A DNA stretch of 59,360 nucleotides, counting the filler. It is 5 parts of 5 records of this genome, joined end to end, with 100 filler letters (N's around TTAATTAATTAA, not from the genome) between each part and the next. Parts side by side here need not be neighbours in the genome. Positions count along the whole stretch, not along the records: positions 29,615 to 41,167 come from DRR723986_8471; 4 more parts are not named here. One strand, written 5' to 3'. A model generated the notes under the pieces. It saw only the letters and a program-made list of their open reading frames with translations, searched no databases and had not been told where the DNA came from. Positions 30,367 to 41,130 of this stretch are shown piece after piece (within the stretch, counting starts at the first letter, position 1; every line of letters begins with the position of its first letter). The position numbers were made by a program, and so were the translations under genes.

Positions 30367-31008
30367 TTAGCCAATCTGTGACAGTTTCAGCAGGTGCTTC
30401 AGATCTTTAAGCAGCTGTTTGCCGGTGTGTTCGCTGCCATAGTGCATCATCACATTGCCAAACGGGTCGATCAGCAGGATTCTCGGTTGCTGCTCCGGGT
30501 TGATCCCGGCGGGCCATGCCGGTGTCTTGCCAGCGGCCGGTTGCAGGCGCTCCATCAACTGGTACTCATCAGACCAGCGCCGCTCCAGATCCGCCGGTAC
30601 CGTGCCCAGATAGGCGGCACGACCAACACGCGGCGCGTTCTTGCCAAGCGCAACGTTAACCTGGCGAGCCAGATACAGCAGCTGCTCGCAGTCTTCCGTG
30701 CAACGTTCCGAAGCCACCAGCATCAGCCATTTCGGGTCGGCGACATCAACACCAAAGCGTGCCTGAAGGGGGTTCCCCGCAGCGGTTTGCAGATTCAGCT
30801 CTGCCACCGGCACCGGCGGTTGCACCAACTGCCCCTGATTGCTCTGACCGGCTGGGTTAAGCCAACCAGTGTAAAACATGACCGTCGCCACCAGCATGGG
30901 GCCGAAACCCACCGCAAAGAGCAACATGGCGGTGCGCCGGCCCCGCCTGACCTGAGCCGGGCTCGGGCCATCAGAATGAGAGAGAGAGTCAGCCGTTGTC
31001 GTTGTCAT
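30367..31008 (-). CDS. Membrane-anchored thioredoxin/SCO-like protein of the cox locus
   Basis: Single N-terminal TM, CxxxC (CTEDC), LIDPFGNVMMHY, KDLKHLLKLS; lies between SURF1 and COX15. Confidence 0.75.
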   Translation of the reverse strand: MTTTTADSLSHSDGPSPAQVRRGRRTAMLLFAVGFGPMLVATVMFYTGWLNPAGQSNQGQLVQPPVPVAELNLQTAAGNPLQARFGVDVADPKWLMLVASERCTEDCEQLLYLARQVNVALGKNAPRVGRAAYLGTVPADLERRWSDEYQLMERLQPAAGKTPAWPAGINPEQQPRILLIDPFGNVMMHYGSEHTGKQLLKDLKHLLKLSQIG

Positions 31009-31738
31009 TGTCGGCTCCTGCCTTGGGTCTTTCGCTGTCTTTTTTATAACTCGCCACCAGAGTCAATATAGTCAGTGCTACCGCCAGTGCAAACCACTGG
31101 GCGGCGTATCCGTAGTGCGTCTGCGGGCCCATCACATCCGGCGCCCGGTCCGCCTGGTATGCACCCGGTTGCTGGCTGTCGGCAAGGTGAACAATCATCG
31201 GGGCCGGCGTGCTGCCCAACGCCCGGACCCGGCTCTCCGGCAACGCCTGGACCCGTCTCGGCCAGCCGGGTGTATCGGGCTCCTGCGCCCCCAGTACCGG
31301 AGGTTCCGGATAGGCCGCCAGCCGGCCCTGAAGGGTAAACAGAGGCTCCGGCGTCTGCACTTCCGGCAGCTGTTCGCGGCTGGCCGGTGCCGGTACCCAG
31401 CCCCGGTTGACCACCACCAAAGGGCCTGAGAGCGGCTCAAAAACCGTCAGGACTTCGTAACCGGCGCGGCCGTCCCGGGTCCGATTGTCCAGCAACCAGG
31501 TCTGCTCCCGGTACCAACCGGTCAGGGTGACCGGTTGGCCCTCCTGCCATCCATCTGCAGCCGCCACATCCTGCCAGTCCCACCCGGCGCTTTCTGAATT
31601 CCAGGTCCGCAGCAGACTGGTTTTTTCCGCGGCGCGGTTCAGCTGCCAGACTCCCAGACTGATCAGCAGAGGCAGAAAGACACCGCTGAAGACCAGCAGG
31701 CGCCAGTCGAACTGCCAGCGGCGGGAGCTGAAACCCAC
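30989..31738 (-). CDS. SURF1 family cytochrome oxidase biogenesis protein
   Basis: LGVWQLNRA.EK, LLDNR, VNRGWV, HYGYAAQWF. Confidence 0.93.
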   Translation of the reverse strand: MGFSSRRWQFDWRLLVFSGVFLPLLISLGVWQLNRAAEKTSLLRTWNSESAGWDWQDVAAADGWQEGQPVTLTGWYREQTWLLDNRTRDGRAGYEVLTVFEPLSGPLVVVNRGWVPAPASREQLPEVQTPEPLFTLQGRLAAYPEPPVLGAQEPDTPGWPRRVQALPESRVRALGSTPAPMIVHLADSQQPGAYQADRAPDVMGPQTHYGYAAQWFALAVALTILTLVASYKKDSERPKAGADNDNDNG

Positions 31739-31835
31739 TTAGCGCCGCTCTGCTATAGTGAAGTAACAAACCGGGGCGTTGTTCCCGGCACCAGAATGCT
31801 CAACAGGCTGCGGACCTGATACAACCGGATTCCTC

Positions 31836-32039
31836 ATGTTAAAACTTGCCATTGTCGTACTGCTGTTCGCCGTCATTATCAGCCTGTTCAGCGGGCTGTT
31901 TTTCCTGATTCGGGACGGCGGTAAAACCAACCGTGTGGTGAACTCACTGGCGGTGCGGGTCTCGCTCAGCGTGCTATTACTGGCCGTGGTGCTGATCGCG
32001 CTCTGGACCGGCGATCTCACACTGAACCCGACGCCCTGA
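31836..32039 (+). CDS. Twin transmembrane helix small protein (DUF2909/HIG1-like)
   Basis: Two TMs, SLFSGLFFL..D, SLAVRVSLS; opposite strand between coxC and SURF1. Confidence 0.85.
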   Translation: MLKLAIVVLLFAVIISLFSGLFFLIRDGGKTNRVVNSLAVRVSLSVLLLAVVLIALWTGDLTLNPTP

Positions 32040-32050
32040 CTTCACCTGCC

Positions 32051-32938
32051 TCAGAGCACATACACGAACACAAACAGACCCAGCCAGACCACGTCCACAA
32101 AATGCCAGTACCAGGCTGCCGCTTCAAAGCCGAAATGATTGTCGGCGGTGAAATGGCCCTTGATGATCCGGACCAGCATGATGGCGAGCATCAAAGTACC
32201 CAGCATCACGTGGGCCCCGTGGAAACCCGTTAACATAAAGAACGTGCTGCCGTAGATGCCGGACTTCAGGGTCAGGTCCAGGTCCTGATAGGCGTGCATG
32301 TACTCGTAGCCCTGAACGAACATGAACACCACCGCCAGCGCAATGGTGGCTCCCAGCCACAGCTTCACCTTGGCCCGGTTACCCGCTTTCAGGGCATGGT
32401 GGGCAATGGTTACCGTGAACGACGAGGTTACCAGCAGGATAGTGTTGATCAGCGGCAGGCCCCAGGGACCGATCACTTCCTTCGGTCCCGGGTAGGCCTC
32501 CGGGTTGGGGTTGCTGACCAGAGGCCAACTGGCCTGAAAGCCTTCCCACAGCATGTTGCTACTGCCTTTATCACCCTCGCCCCCCAGCCAGGGCACCACG
32601 AACATCCGAACGTAGAAGAGCGCACCGAAGAAAGCCGCAAAAAACATGACTTCCGAGAAAATGAACCAGCTCATCCCCCAGCGGAAAGAGCGGTCCATCT
32701 GGTCGCTGTAAAGTCCGGCCCGGCTCTCGCGGATGACGCTGCCGAACCAGCCGAACAGCATGTACGCCATGATCAGCGCGCCAATCCAGAACATGATCCA
32801 GGAACCGGTGGTGCTTTCACCCTGGTTGCCGTTCACCATGATGGCTGCCGCGCCATACAGGGTGACCCCCAGGCCAACGGTGGCGACAATGGGCCACTTG
32901 CTCTGTTCGGGAACGTAGTAGGTCTGGTGATCCGCCAT
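32051..32938 (-). CDS. coxC: Cytochrome c oxidase subunit III
   Basis: WFIFSEVMFF, LTGFHGAHV, WYWHFVDVVW. Confidence 0.96.
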   Translation of the reverse strand: MADHQTYYVPEQSKWPIVATVGLGVTLYGAAAIMVNGNQGESTTGSWIMFWIGALIMAYMLFGWFGSVIRESRAGLYSDQMDRSFRWGMSWFIFSEVMFFAAFFGALFYVRMFVVPWLGGEGDKGSSNMLWEGFQASWPLVSNPNPEAYPGPKEVIGPWGLPLINTILLVTSSFTVTIAHHALKAGNRAKVKLWLGATIALAVVFMFVQGYEYMHAYQDLDLTLKSGIYGSTFFMLTGFHGAHVMLGTLMLAIMLVRIIKGHFTADNHFGFEAAAWYWHFVDVVWLGLFVFVYVL

Positions 32939-32954
32939 AGCTGTCTCCGATGGC

Positions 32955-33551
32955 TTAGCCGTTATTGTTGGTTGTTTTTGCTGCCCCGGCGGCACCCGAT
33001 ACCTCGGCCTTCTGGCTCTGGTCGTAAAGGGTGTAGGACAGTGTCAGCTTGGTGATGTGTTCCGGCAGTTCCGGATCCACGATAAACACCAGAGGCATTT
33101 CTGTGCTTTCGCCGGCTTCCAGGGGCTGCTGGTTGAAACAGAAACACTCGGTCTTGTGGAAGTACAGGGTGCCCTCAGCCGGGGACAGGCTGGGAACTGC
33201 CTGTCCGACCATGGCCTGGTCGCTGCCGTTTTCGGCGTAGAAATTGACGGTCACCGGCTCACCGGGATGCACCTTGATGCTGCGGGTCACCGGCCGGAAT
33301 TCCCAGGACATACCCGGGCCATTACTGGCCAGGAACTGGACCGTCACGGTGCGGTTGGCATCCACCTGGTTGGTGACCTGCGCTTCGTACCGGCCGGCGG
33401 TCTTGCCATTGATACCGGTGATTTCGCAGAACACGTCGTACAGGGGCACCAGGGCGAAGCCGAAGGCGAACATACCGACCACACCGGCCATGCACCAGGC
33501 AATCACCCGACCGTTGCTGCGTTTGCCGTGTTGCGGTTGTGGCTCTGCCAT
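32955..33551 (-). CDS. ctaG: Cytochrome c oxidase assembly protein CtaG/Cox11
   Basis: VPLYDVFC, Cu-binding CFCF, TLSYT. Confidence 0.95.
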   Translation of the reverse strand: MAEPQPQHGKRSNGRVIAWCMAGVVGMFAFGFALVPLYDVFCEITGINGKTAGRYEAQVTNQVDANRTVTVQFLASNGPGMSWEFRPVTRSIKVHPGEPVTVNFYAENGSDQAMVGQAVPSLSPAEGTLYFHKTECFCFNQQPLEAGESTEMPLVFIVDPELPEHITKLTLSYTLYDQSQKAEVSGAAGAAKTTNNNG

Positions 33552-33564
33552 GGCGACCTCCCGG

Positions 33565-35148
33565 TTATTTCACTTCCGGCGGTGTCGAGAAAGTGTGATA
33601 GGGCGCCGGTGAGGGCACCGTCCATTCCAGCCCTTCGGCACCATCCCAGGGTTTGGCGGCGGCCTTCTCGCCCCCTCGCACACACTTCACCACGATGAAC
33701 AGGAACAGCAACTGACTGACGCCGAACATAAAGGCCCCGATGCTCGATACCATGTTGAAGTCAGCAAACTGCAGCGCGTAGTCCGGAATCCGCCGGGGCA
33801 TGCCCGCCAGCCCCAGGAAGTGCATGGGGAAGAAAGCCAGGTTCATGCCGATGAACGACAGCCAGAAGTGGGTCTTGGCCAGGGTTTCGTCGTACATGTG
33901 GCCGGTCCACTTGGGCAGCCAGAAGTAGGCCGAAGCGAAGATGCCGAAGATGGCACCGGGCACCAGCACATAATGGAAATGCGCGACCACAAAGTAGGTA
34001 TCGTGGTACTGGAAGTCCGCAGGCGCGATGGCCAGCATCAGCCCGGAGAAACCACCGATAGTGAACAGAATGATAAAGGCCACGGCGAACAGCATGGGCG
34101 CCTCGAAACTCAGGGAGCCCCGGAACATGGTGGTGACCCAGTTGAACACCTTCACCCCGGTGGGCACGGCAATCAGCATGGTGGCGTACATGAAGAACAA
34201 CTGCCCGGCCAGTGGAATACCCACGGTAAACATATGGTGCGCCCAGACCACGAACGACAACAGGGCAATGGCACCCACCGCATACACCATGGAGGCATAG
34301 CCAAACAGCGGCTTGCGGGAGAAGGCCGCAACAATGTGGGAGATGGCCCCGAACGCCGGCAGGATCATGATGTAAACCTCCGGATGCCCGAAGAACCAGA
34401 ACACATGCTGGAACAGCACCGGATCGCCACCACCGGAGGCATCAAAGAAACTGGTACCGAAGTTGATGTCCATCAGCATCATGGTCACCACGCCGGCCAG
34501 CACCGGCATGACCGCAATCAACAGGAACGCGGTGATCAGCCAGGTCCAGACGAACAGGGGCATTTTCATCAGAGTCATGCCCGGCGCCCGCATGTTCAGA
34601 ATGGTGGCAATGACATTGATGGCGCCCATGATTGAGGACACCCCCATGATGTGCACCGCGAAGATGAAGAACGTGGTGCTGGGTGGCCCATAGGTGGTGG
34701 AAAGCGGCGCGTAGAAGGTCCAGCCGAAGTTGGGGGCGCCGCCCTGCATGAACAGGGTGGAGACCAGAATCAGGAAGGCGCAGGGCAGCAACCAGAAACT
34801 CCAGTTATTCATGCGCGGCAGTGCCATGTCCGGCGCGCCGATCATCAAGGGCAGCATCCAGTTGGCTAACCCGACAAAAGCCGGCATGACCGCCCCGAAC
34901 ACCATGATCAGACCGTGCATGGTGGTCATCTGGTTAAAGAACTCCGGCTGCACAATCTGCAGGCCGGGCTGGAACAGTTCGGCCCGGATGACCATGGCCA
35001 TGCTGCCGCCGAGCAGGAACATGGCAAAACTGAACATCAGGTACATGGACCCGATGTCTTTGTGGTTTGTGGTCAGCAGCCAGCGGCTGATGCCTTTGGC
35101 CGGGCCGTGGTGATGTTCCTGGCTGTGGGTATCTGCAACCGCACTCAT
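33565..35148 (-). CDS. coxA: Cytochrome c oxidase subunit I (A1 type)
   Basis: TNHKDIG, GHPEVY, VWAHH, HFH, GMPRR. Confidence 0.98.
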   Translation of the reverse strand: MSAVADTHSQEHHHGPAKGISRWLLTTNHKDIGSMYLMFSFAMFLLGGSMAMVIRAELFQPGLQIVQPEFFNQMTTMHGLIMVFGAVMPAFVGLANWMLPLMIGAPDMALPRMNNWSFWLLPCAFLILVSTLFMQGGAPNFGWTFYAPLSTTYGPPSTTFFIFAVHIMGVSSIMGAINVIATILNMRAPGMTLMKMPLFVWTWLITAFLLIAVMPVLAGVVTMMLMDINFGTSFFDASGGGDPVLFQHVFWFFGHPEVYIMILPAFGAISHIVAAFSRKPLFGYASMVYAVGAIALLSFVVWAHHMFTVGIPLAGQLFFMYATMLIAVPTGVKVFNWVTTMFRGSLSFEAPMLFAVAFIILFTIGGFSGLMLAIAPADFQYHDTYFVVAHFHYVLVPGAIFGIFASAYFWLPKWTGHMYDETLAKTHFWLSFIGMNLAFFPMHFLGLAGMPRRIPDYALQFADFNMVSSIGAFMFGVSQLLFLFIVVKCVRGGEKAAAKPWDGAEGLEWTVPSPAPYHTFSTPPEVK

Positions 35149-35205
35149 GAAAACCCCCGTTACCGCCTTCTGATGTGGCTGGTGATTGTTGTTATCTGGC
35201 GTTGA

Positions 35206-36330
35206 TTACTGCTGGTTCTTGTAATCAAAAATTTCCTTGGGCGTGACCATATCGCCGGTGTTGTTACCCCAGGCATTACGCTCATAGGTAATCACCGCGG
35301 CCAGGTCAACTTCGCTCAGCTGGTTGCCGAACGCCTGCATCGCCGTCCCGGACTTGCCGTTCACCACAATGTCGATGTGAGCCGTCATATCTCCGGTCGC
35401 AATCGGGCTACCCTTGAGCGCGGGGAACGCCGGGGGGGCCCCGCTGCCATCCGCCTGGTGGCAGGCCGCACAGGCTGTGGCATAAGCCTTCTCACCACGC
35501 GCCATCAATTCTTCCAGAGTCCAGTCTTTCTGGGTCAGCTGGCGTTCTTTCTCGGCTGCCTCGCGCTGCTCCGCCACCCAGGCGTTGTATTCCTCTTCCG
35601 GCACCGCCTCGACCACCACCGGCATGAAGCCGTGGTCCTTGCCACACAGCTCGGTGCACTGGCCACGGTAAATGCCCGGCTCATCCACCCGGGTCCAGGT
35701 TTCATTGATAAAACCGGGGATGGCATCTTTCTTCACGCCAAACTCCGGCACCCACCAGGAGTGGATTACGTCATTGGCGGTCAAAAGAAAACGCACTTTC
35801 TTGCCGACTGGGATCACCAGCGGGTTGTCCACTTCCAGGAGGTAGTTTTCACCCTTGGCCTGGCGGTTCTCGATCTGGTCCCGGGGTGTGGACAGGCTGG
35901 AGAAGTAACCAAAATCTTCATTGATATACTCATACTGCCAGCGCCACTGATAGCCGGTAACCTTGATATCCACTTCGGATTCGGTGGTGTCGTACATCTC
36001 CACCAGCGTTGCCGTGGCGGGAATGGCCATGGCCACGAGAATGGCGAACGGAATGATGGTCCAGAGAATTTCGACCACCGTGTTCTCATGGAAATTGGCC
36101 GGTTTCGCGCCCTGGGATTTGCGATGGGCGAAAATGGACCAGAACATGACCCCGAACACCACCACACCGATGGCGACGCAGATCCAGAGAATGGTCATGT
36201 GAAGGCTGAAAATCTGATTACTGGTGCCGGTTACACCGGGCGTCATGTTCATGGTCCAGTCGGCCACGACCACAGCCGGTGACAACAGACCAGCGGCTAG
36301 GGCTACTGCCCGCTTGGCATGCACGCGCAT
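35206..36330 (-). CDS. coxB: Cytochrome c oxidase subunit II with C-terminal cytochrome c domain
   Basis: DVIHSW, CuA motif CTELCGKDHGFM, heme c motif CAACH. Confidence 0.97.
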   Translation of the reverse strand: MRVHAKRAVALAAGLLSPAVVVADWTMNMTPGVTGTSNQIFSLHMTILWICVAIGVVVFGVMFWSIFAHRKSQGAKPANFHENTVVEILWTIIPFAILVAMAIPATATLVEMYDTTESEVDIKVTGYQWRWQYEYINEDFGYFSSLSTPRDQIENRQAKGENYLLEVDNPLVIPVGKKVRFLLTANDVIHSWWVPEFGVKKDAIPGFINETWTRVDEPGIYRGQCTELCGKDHGFMPVVVEAVPEEEYNAWVAEQREAAEKERQLTQKDWTLEELMARGEKAYATACAACHQADGSGAPPAFPALKGSPIATGDMTAHIDIVVNGKSGTAMQAFGNQLSEVDLAAVITYERNAWGNNTGDMVTPKEIFDYKNQQ

Positions 36331-36518
36331 ACTGTGTCTCCACAGAGTGTTATTCTTGTCGGATTTTGCGTCATCCCTCAGAAATTTACCGATGGCACTC
36401 GCAACCGTCGGAAATCCCCGAGTGAAAGCCTGCTTATGGATACATCAAAATTGAGTATAGACACAGATCAAAAAAAGACTAAAAAATCCTTAAATCCAAA
36501 TAAGATAAGTGCAGAGTT

Positions 36519-37865
36519 TTGAGAAGCATAAAGAATAAGCAGCGTGCGCCCGGCATCATTGACCGACGCCTGTGGGCACTGGCCTGGCCACTGATGCTGA
36601 CCAATCTCACCGTGCCCCTGCTGGGCCTGGTGGACACCGCCGTGCTCGGCCATCTGCACAGTCCGGAATACCTGGGCGCGGTCGCCGTGGGCGCCAACCT
36701 GTTCAGCATTCTGTACTGGACCTTCGGCTTCATGCGCATGGGCACCACCGGTCTGGCGGCGCAGGCCTGGGGCAAACGGGATGCCTTTGCTCAGGTCGCG
36801 CTGCTATTACGCTCAATCCTGCTGGCCATCGGCATCGGGCTGTTACTGATTCTGTTCCACCAACCGTTGATCCGGATCGGTCTGGAGCTGATGAATCCCA
36901 GCCCTGAGGTGTCGGCTCTGGCCGCAGAATACGCGGCCATCCGTATCTGGAGTGCGCCCGCGGTGCTGTGCCAGTACACCCTGGTGGGCTGGCTGATCGG
37001 CACCCAGTTCCCCCGCGGCCCCATGGTGATGCTGATCATCGCCAACGGCATCAACATTGTGCTGGACGTGTTCTTCGTTACGGTACTGGGCTGGAACAGC
37101 CGGGGCGTGGCCATGGCCACCGTGATGGCGGAATACGGTGCTGCCCTGATCGGGTTTGCCATCGTGCTCCGGAGGATGCCCGAAGGCCAGCGACTGACCC
37201 GCGCGCTGTTCGGACAGTTGGCAGACTACCTGACCATTCTGCAGGTGAACCGTTACATCATGGTTCGCACCATTGCCCTGCTGCTGGTACTGGCGTTTTT
37301 CACCGCTCAGGGTGCCCGGCAGGGGGATATCATCCTGGCCGCCAACGCCGTGCTGATCACCTTTTTGCTGGTGATTTCCAATGCCCTGGACGGATTCGCC
37401 AATGCTGCCGAAGCTTTGGTGGGTGAGGCCATTGGCCAGAACAGCCGGCACCGGTTCCGCATGGTCTTCCTGAGCGCCCTGCGCTGGTCGATCTGGGGTG
37501 CGTTGCTGCTGACCGTTGCGTTCGTGCTCGGCGGTCGCTGGCTAATCAGCCTACTGACCGGTCTGGAGGAGGTGCGAACTACCGCCTGGCAATACCTGCC
37601 CTGGCTCTGGCTGCTGCCATTTGCCTCGGTCTGGGGTTTTCTGCTTGACGGTGTGTTCATCGGCGCCACCCGCACCCGGGAAATGCAGAACACCATGCTG
37701 TTTTCAGCGCTGGCTGTGTTTCTGCCGGTCTGGTGGCTGACCACCGGGTGGGGCAACCACGGACTCTGGTTTGCGCTCATTACGCTGATGCTGGCGCGAG
37801 CCGGAAGCATGGGCTGGTTGTGCTGGCGCTATACCCGCGAGGACCGGTGGTTTGATGCCCGCTGA
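36519..37865 (+). CDS. dinF: MATE family efflux protein, DinF-like
   Basis: PLLGLVDTAVLGHL, FMRMGTTGL, ALDGFA, LDGVFIGAT; about 12 TMs. Confidence 0.9.
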   Translation: MRSIKNKQRAPGIIDRRLWALAWPLMLTNLTVPLLGLVDTAVLGHLHSPEYLGAVAVGANLFSILYWTFGFMRMGTTGLAAQAWGKRDAFAQVALLLRSILLAIGIGLLLILFHQPLIRIGLELMNPSPEVSALAAEYAAIRIWSAPAVLCQYTLVGWLIGTQFPRGPMVMLIIANGINIVLDVFFVTVLGWNSRGVAMATVMAEYGAALIGFAIVLRRMPEGQRLTRALFGQLADYLTILQVNRYIMVRTIALLLVLAFFTAQGARQGDIILAANAVLITFLLVISNALDGFANAAEALVGEAIGQNSRHRFRMVFLSALRWSIWGALLLTVAFVLGGRWLISLLTGLEEVRTTAWQYLPWLWLLPFASVWGFLLDGVFIGATRTREMQNTMLFSALAVFLPVWWLTTGWGNHGLWFALITLMLARAGSMGWLCWRYTREDRWFDAR

Positions 37866-38017
37866 AGCCTGCTATACACACCGTAACCGTTAAATTTGCC
37901 AGTACAGGCAGCAAGGCAACAAATCTTGGCTACACTAGTCAGAAACGGCAGGCATGTTGCGGTAGCCAGCCCCTGCTTTCCTGCCTCCGGTTACTCCTTG
38001 ATAGAACGGGAGGCGCC

Positions 38018-38704
38018 TTGCGACCTCACATTGTTCAGACTTCGGCATCTCCTGAAATGACACCACAGGCCGTCCTTGAAATCATCGATCAGGCAAGGCG
38101 CCAGGAAGCACGATCCGGCGCCTTCTTACGCCAGATGAAAGAGAAAGCCGCCCGGCTGCCGGGTTCGGTGGTGGTGGATGGCTATCAACCGGCAACGTCC
38201 CTGTTCCAGTTCGCGGTGGAATACATCGAGATGGCGCCCAGGCTGGTGGAATGTGTTGACGCCTGTGCCCGGGAAGCCGGCATAACCGAACTGTTCCAAC
38301 CCTTCATTGATGCCGCTACCCGCTACTTCACCCAGCCCTCAGTACTGCTGGTCCGCTACGATGGCCTGGACGGGCTGCTCATACGCGCTTACCTGTGCCA
38401 CCGGTTGATGGAAGAAATGCACGATAACAACCGCTCTACCCGCGCCAGCGAACTGATTGACCTGGAAGCCACCCGGGCCAACCTGTTGGTGCACGAGCTC
38501 ATTGGTGAACCCTTCGCCAATGAGCTGGACGATGCCATTACCGTTACCGTACTCCAGATTGCCGGCACCCCGGATTACTACGACCTGGACCTGGAACCCT
38601 TCATCGACCAGGTCAATAACCAGGCCTGGGACTGGATGCGACAGTACTGGGAAAACCTGCTGGAGCGGAACCACATCCGCTTCGCCCTCGGGCCGTCGTG
38701 CTGA
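38018..38704 (+). CDS. Hypothetical alpha-helical cytoplasmic protein
   Basis: GGGAGG RBS before the TTG; host-like codon usage; AYLCHRLMEE and ANLLVHELIGEPFANELD segments. Confidence 0.75.
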   Translation: MRPHIVQTSASPEMTPQAVLEIIDQARRQEARSGAFLRQMKEKAARLPGSVVVDGYQPATSLFQFAVEYIEMAPRLVECVDACAREAGITELFQPFIDAATRYFTQPSVLLVRYDGLDGLLIRAYLCHRLMEEMHDNNRSTRASELIDLEATRANLLVHELIGEPFANELDDAITVTVLQIAGTPDYYDLDLEPFIDQVNNQAWDWMRQYWENLLERNHIRFALGPSC

Positions 38705-38784
38705 GTTTAATAACAACACGTCACTGAATTGCCTCCGGAAAACCAGTATTCTTGCCCTCCCGAACAACACTGAGGAGGCCAAAC

Positions 38785-39171
38785 GTGCTGGATAATGCCG
38801 ATCTTGGAAAACTGATTGTACGGTTGACACTGGGCGGGTTACTGCTGTTCCACGGCATCGCCAAACTGCTCAATGGCATTGGCTTTATCGAAGGCCAGCT
38901 GGCCAGCCATGGCCTGCCCACGATCCTGGCCTACGGCGTCTATATCGGGGAAGTCATTGCACCGCTGATGGTTATTCTCGGATACCAGACCCGGATTGGC
39001 GCCCTGATCATTGTCTTCAACATGATCGTTGCCATCGCCCTGGTGCATGGCCATCAGCTGTTGACCCTGAGCAGCAATGGCGGCTGGGCGCTGGAACTTC
39101 AGGGCTTCTTCCTGTTCACCGCACTGGCGCTGATTTTCCTGGGGCCGGGCCGGTACAAGCTCAAGAACTGA
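38785..39171 (+). CDS. DoxX family membrane protein
   Basis: GAGGAGG RBS before the GTG; RLTLGGLLLFHGIAK, GEVIAP, GPGRY. Confidence 0.9.
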   Translation: MLDNADLGKLIVRLTLGGLLLFHGIAKLLNGIGFIEGQLASHGLPTILAYGVYIGEVIAPLMVILGYQTRIGALIIVFNMIVAIALVHGHQLLTLSSNGGWALELQGFFLFTALALIFLGPGRYKLKN

Positions 39172-39173
39172 GG

Positions 39174-40970
39174 TCAGCCGGTGGTGGGCGCAACCGCTTT
39201 CGGGTGCCAGACCACCACCCGGTTGCGCCCATCAGACTTGGCGGCGTAGAGCGCCTCATCGGCGCGGCGAATCAGTTCCTGACAATCGGATTGCCGGTTG
39301 GGGGTCAGTGTCGCCACACCCAGACTGATGGTCAGGCTGACCGGCGACATATGCTCGCCGCTGTTGACCGGCGTTCGGGCGACCGACAGCCGCATCCGTT
39401 CCGCCACTTGCTGCGCGCCGGCCACATCCGTGGTGGGCAGCAGAATGGCGAACTCCTCACCGCCGTAACGAGCCACCAGGTCCCCAGAGCGCTGGACTTC
39501 ATCGGACAGAATCGAGGCCAGCGCCACCAGGCAATCGTCCCCCACCAGATGACCGAAGCGGTCGTTCACCTGCTTGAAGTGGTCAATATCCAGCAGAATC
39601 AGGCTCAGTTCATGCTCGTGACGCAACGCCCGGTTCCACTCGGTTTCCAGTTTCTCATCAAACCGGCGCCGGTTGGCGACGTGAGTCAGGCCATCGGTCA
39701 GACTGATGGCCCGCAACTGCTCGTTTGCCTGCTCCAGCTCCTCGGTGCGTTCCCGAACCCGGGATTCCAGGGTCAGGTTGGCCTGGCGCTGTATGTCCAG
39801 GGCATGCTCCTGGGCCTGTTGCCGGCGCCGGCGTTCCATGTTGATCCGGTAGGCCAGGGCAAACGACAGCAAGATCACCTCAACCGCCACCCCGGCCTGG
39901 GGCGCCAGTTCGGTAAACGGGCTGCGCGGAATCCAGCCCAGCTTGCTGACTGCCAGCACCAGGTGCCCCAATAGCAAGGGCGTCCAGGCAAGTACATAAA
40001 AGCCGCCCAGGATCTGGCCCCTGCGCCAGACATTGATACCAATCAGCCAGGCCACCGGGGTCGCGAACGCAGCCAGATTGCTTATCCAGATAATGCCCAC
40101 CTGGTAAGAACCGAGGAAACCATAGATCAGACCCAACAGGTTGACCGCCAGCAGTGCCTGAAGAATCCGATAACCCCAGCGCGAGTAACTCTTGACCAAC
40201 AGGAATTTCATGGTGAAAACAATGGCCGCAATCAGCGCGGCACTGACCACCGGCACAGTGAAGTAACGGTTGATCCACGGCACGTCAGGCCAGAACCACT
40301 GGAACAGCAGGCCATTGAAGTTGAGCTGCACGGCACCGGAACAGACAACTGTCAGCACATACCAGAGATAGGTCTGGTGGCGGACAATCAGGAACAGAAA
40401 CAGGTTATACAGGGCCAGGGCGACCACGATTCCCAGGAACATGGTCTGCCAGCCATAGGAAATCTGCTCGTTGGCAAGAAATTCGGCGGACGGGGTTACC
40501 GCGACGGGAACCTGAACCGAGCCCTGGGTCTGCACACGAATCCAGGCCGTGACCGGCTCGGTATTGGACGGTACCAGAAAGACGAAATTGCGGTGCACAA
40601 TCGGCCGGCTGTCGAACGGCCGGGTGTCCCCGGTGTGATGGGATTCGATAATCCGGCCATCCAGTTCCCAATACACCGACACTTCATCGAGCAGGGGATA
40701 GCCCACTTCCAGAACCCGGTTGACGGGTTGCGCCGGTACCCGTACCTGCAACCAGAATTCGTCGTCACTGAATCCCCGGTTCAGGGTCTGGCCGGCCGGA
40801 ACCGTCTGCCACTGGTCAGGGCCGATGGCGCGGATCGCCTCGACATCCCTGGCCCCCTGAGGTACCGACAACCATTGGAAGGATACCGGCTCGGCATGGG
40901 CAGCAGTGAAGGCCAAGCACAGCAGCAAGGTAAGGAATATGCCTGTTCTGCGGGAAATGCGCCCGTTCAT
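39174..40970 (-). CDS. Diguanylate cyclase with 7TM-DISM sensor
   Basis: Signal peptide, 7TMR-DISMED2-like periplasmic domain, 7 TMs, coiled coil, DGLT..NRR, I-site RSGD, GGEEF. Confidence 0.92.
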   Translation of the reverse strand: MNGRISRRTGIFLTLLLCLAFTAAHAEPVSFQWLSVPQGARDVEAIRAIGPDQWQTVPAGQTLNRGFSDDEFWLQVRVPAQPVNRVLEVGYPLLDEVSVYWELDGRIIESHHTGDTRPFDSRPIVHRNFVFLVPSNTEPVTAWIRVQTQGSVQVPVAVTPSAEFLANEQISYGWQTMFLGIVVALALYNLFLFLIVRHQTYLWYVLTVVCSGAVQLNFNGLLFQWFWPDVPWINRYFTVPVVSAALIAAIVFTMKFLLVKSYSRWGYRILQALLAVNLLGLIYGFLGSYQVGIIWISNLAAFATPVAWLIGINVWRRGQILGGFYVLAWTPLLLGHLVLAVSKLGWIPRSPFTELAPQAGVAVEVILLSFALAYRINMERRRRQQAQEHALDIQRQANLTLESRVRERTEELEQANEQLRAISLTDGLTHVANRRRFDEKLETEWNRALRHEHELSLILLDIDHFKQVNDRFGHLVGDDCLVALASILSDEVQRSGDLVARYGGEEFAILLPTTDVAGAQQVAERMRLSVARTPVNSGEHMSPVSLTISLGVATLTPNRQSDCQELIRRADEALYAAKSDGRNRVVVWHPKAVAPTTG

Positions 40971-41130
40971 TCTTGTCTGTAATTTCCGGCCCGAGGTGCT
41001 TGAACTACACTGTTGTGTTCTGATGGGAAACACCATAACCAACCGTGCTTCACAAACAGTGTAGACGGATATCCGGCTCAAGTCCGGCGAAATTAAGGGG
41101 TAAAGCCCCGCTACCACCAGAGAGGAAGAC

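Noticed and set aside
31836..32039. Small gene on the opposite strand inside the cox locus
   Set aside because: The same arrangement is known from Pseudomonas-type aa3 oxidase loci.
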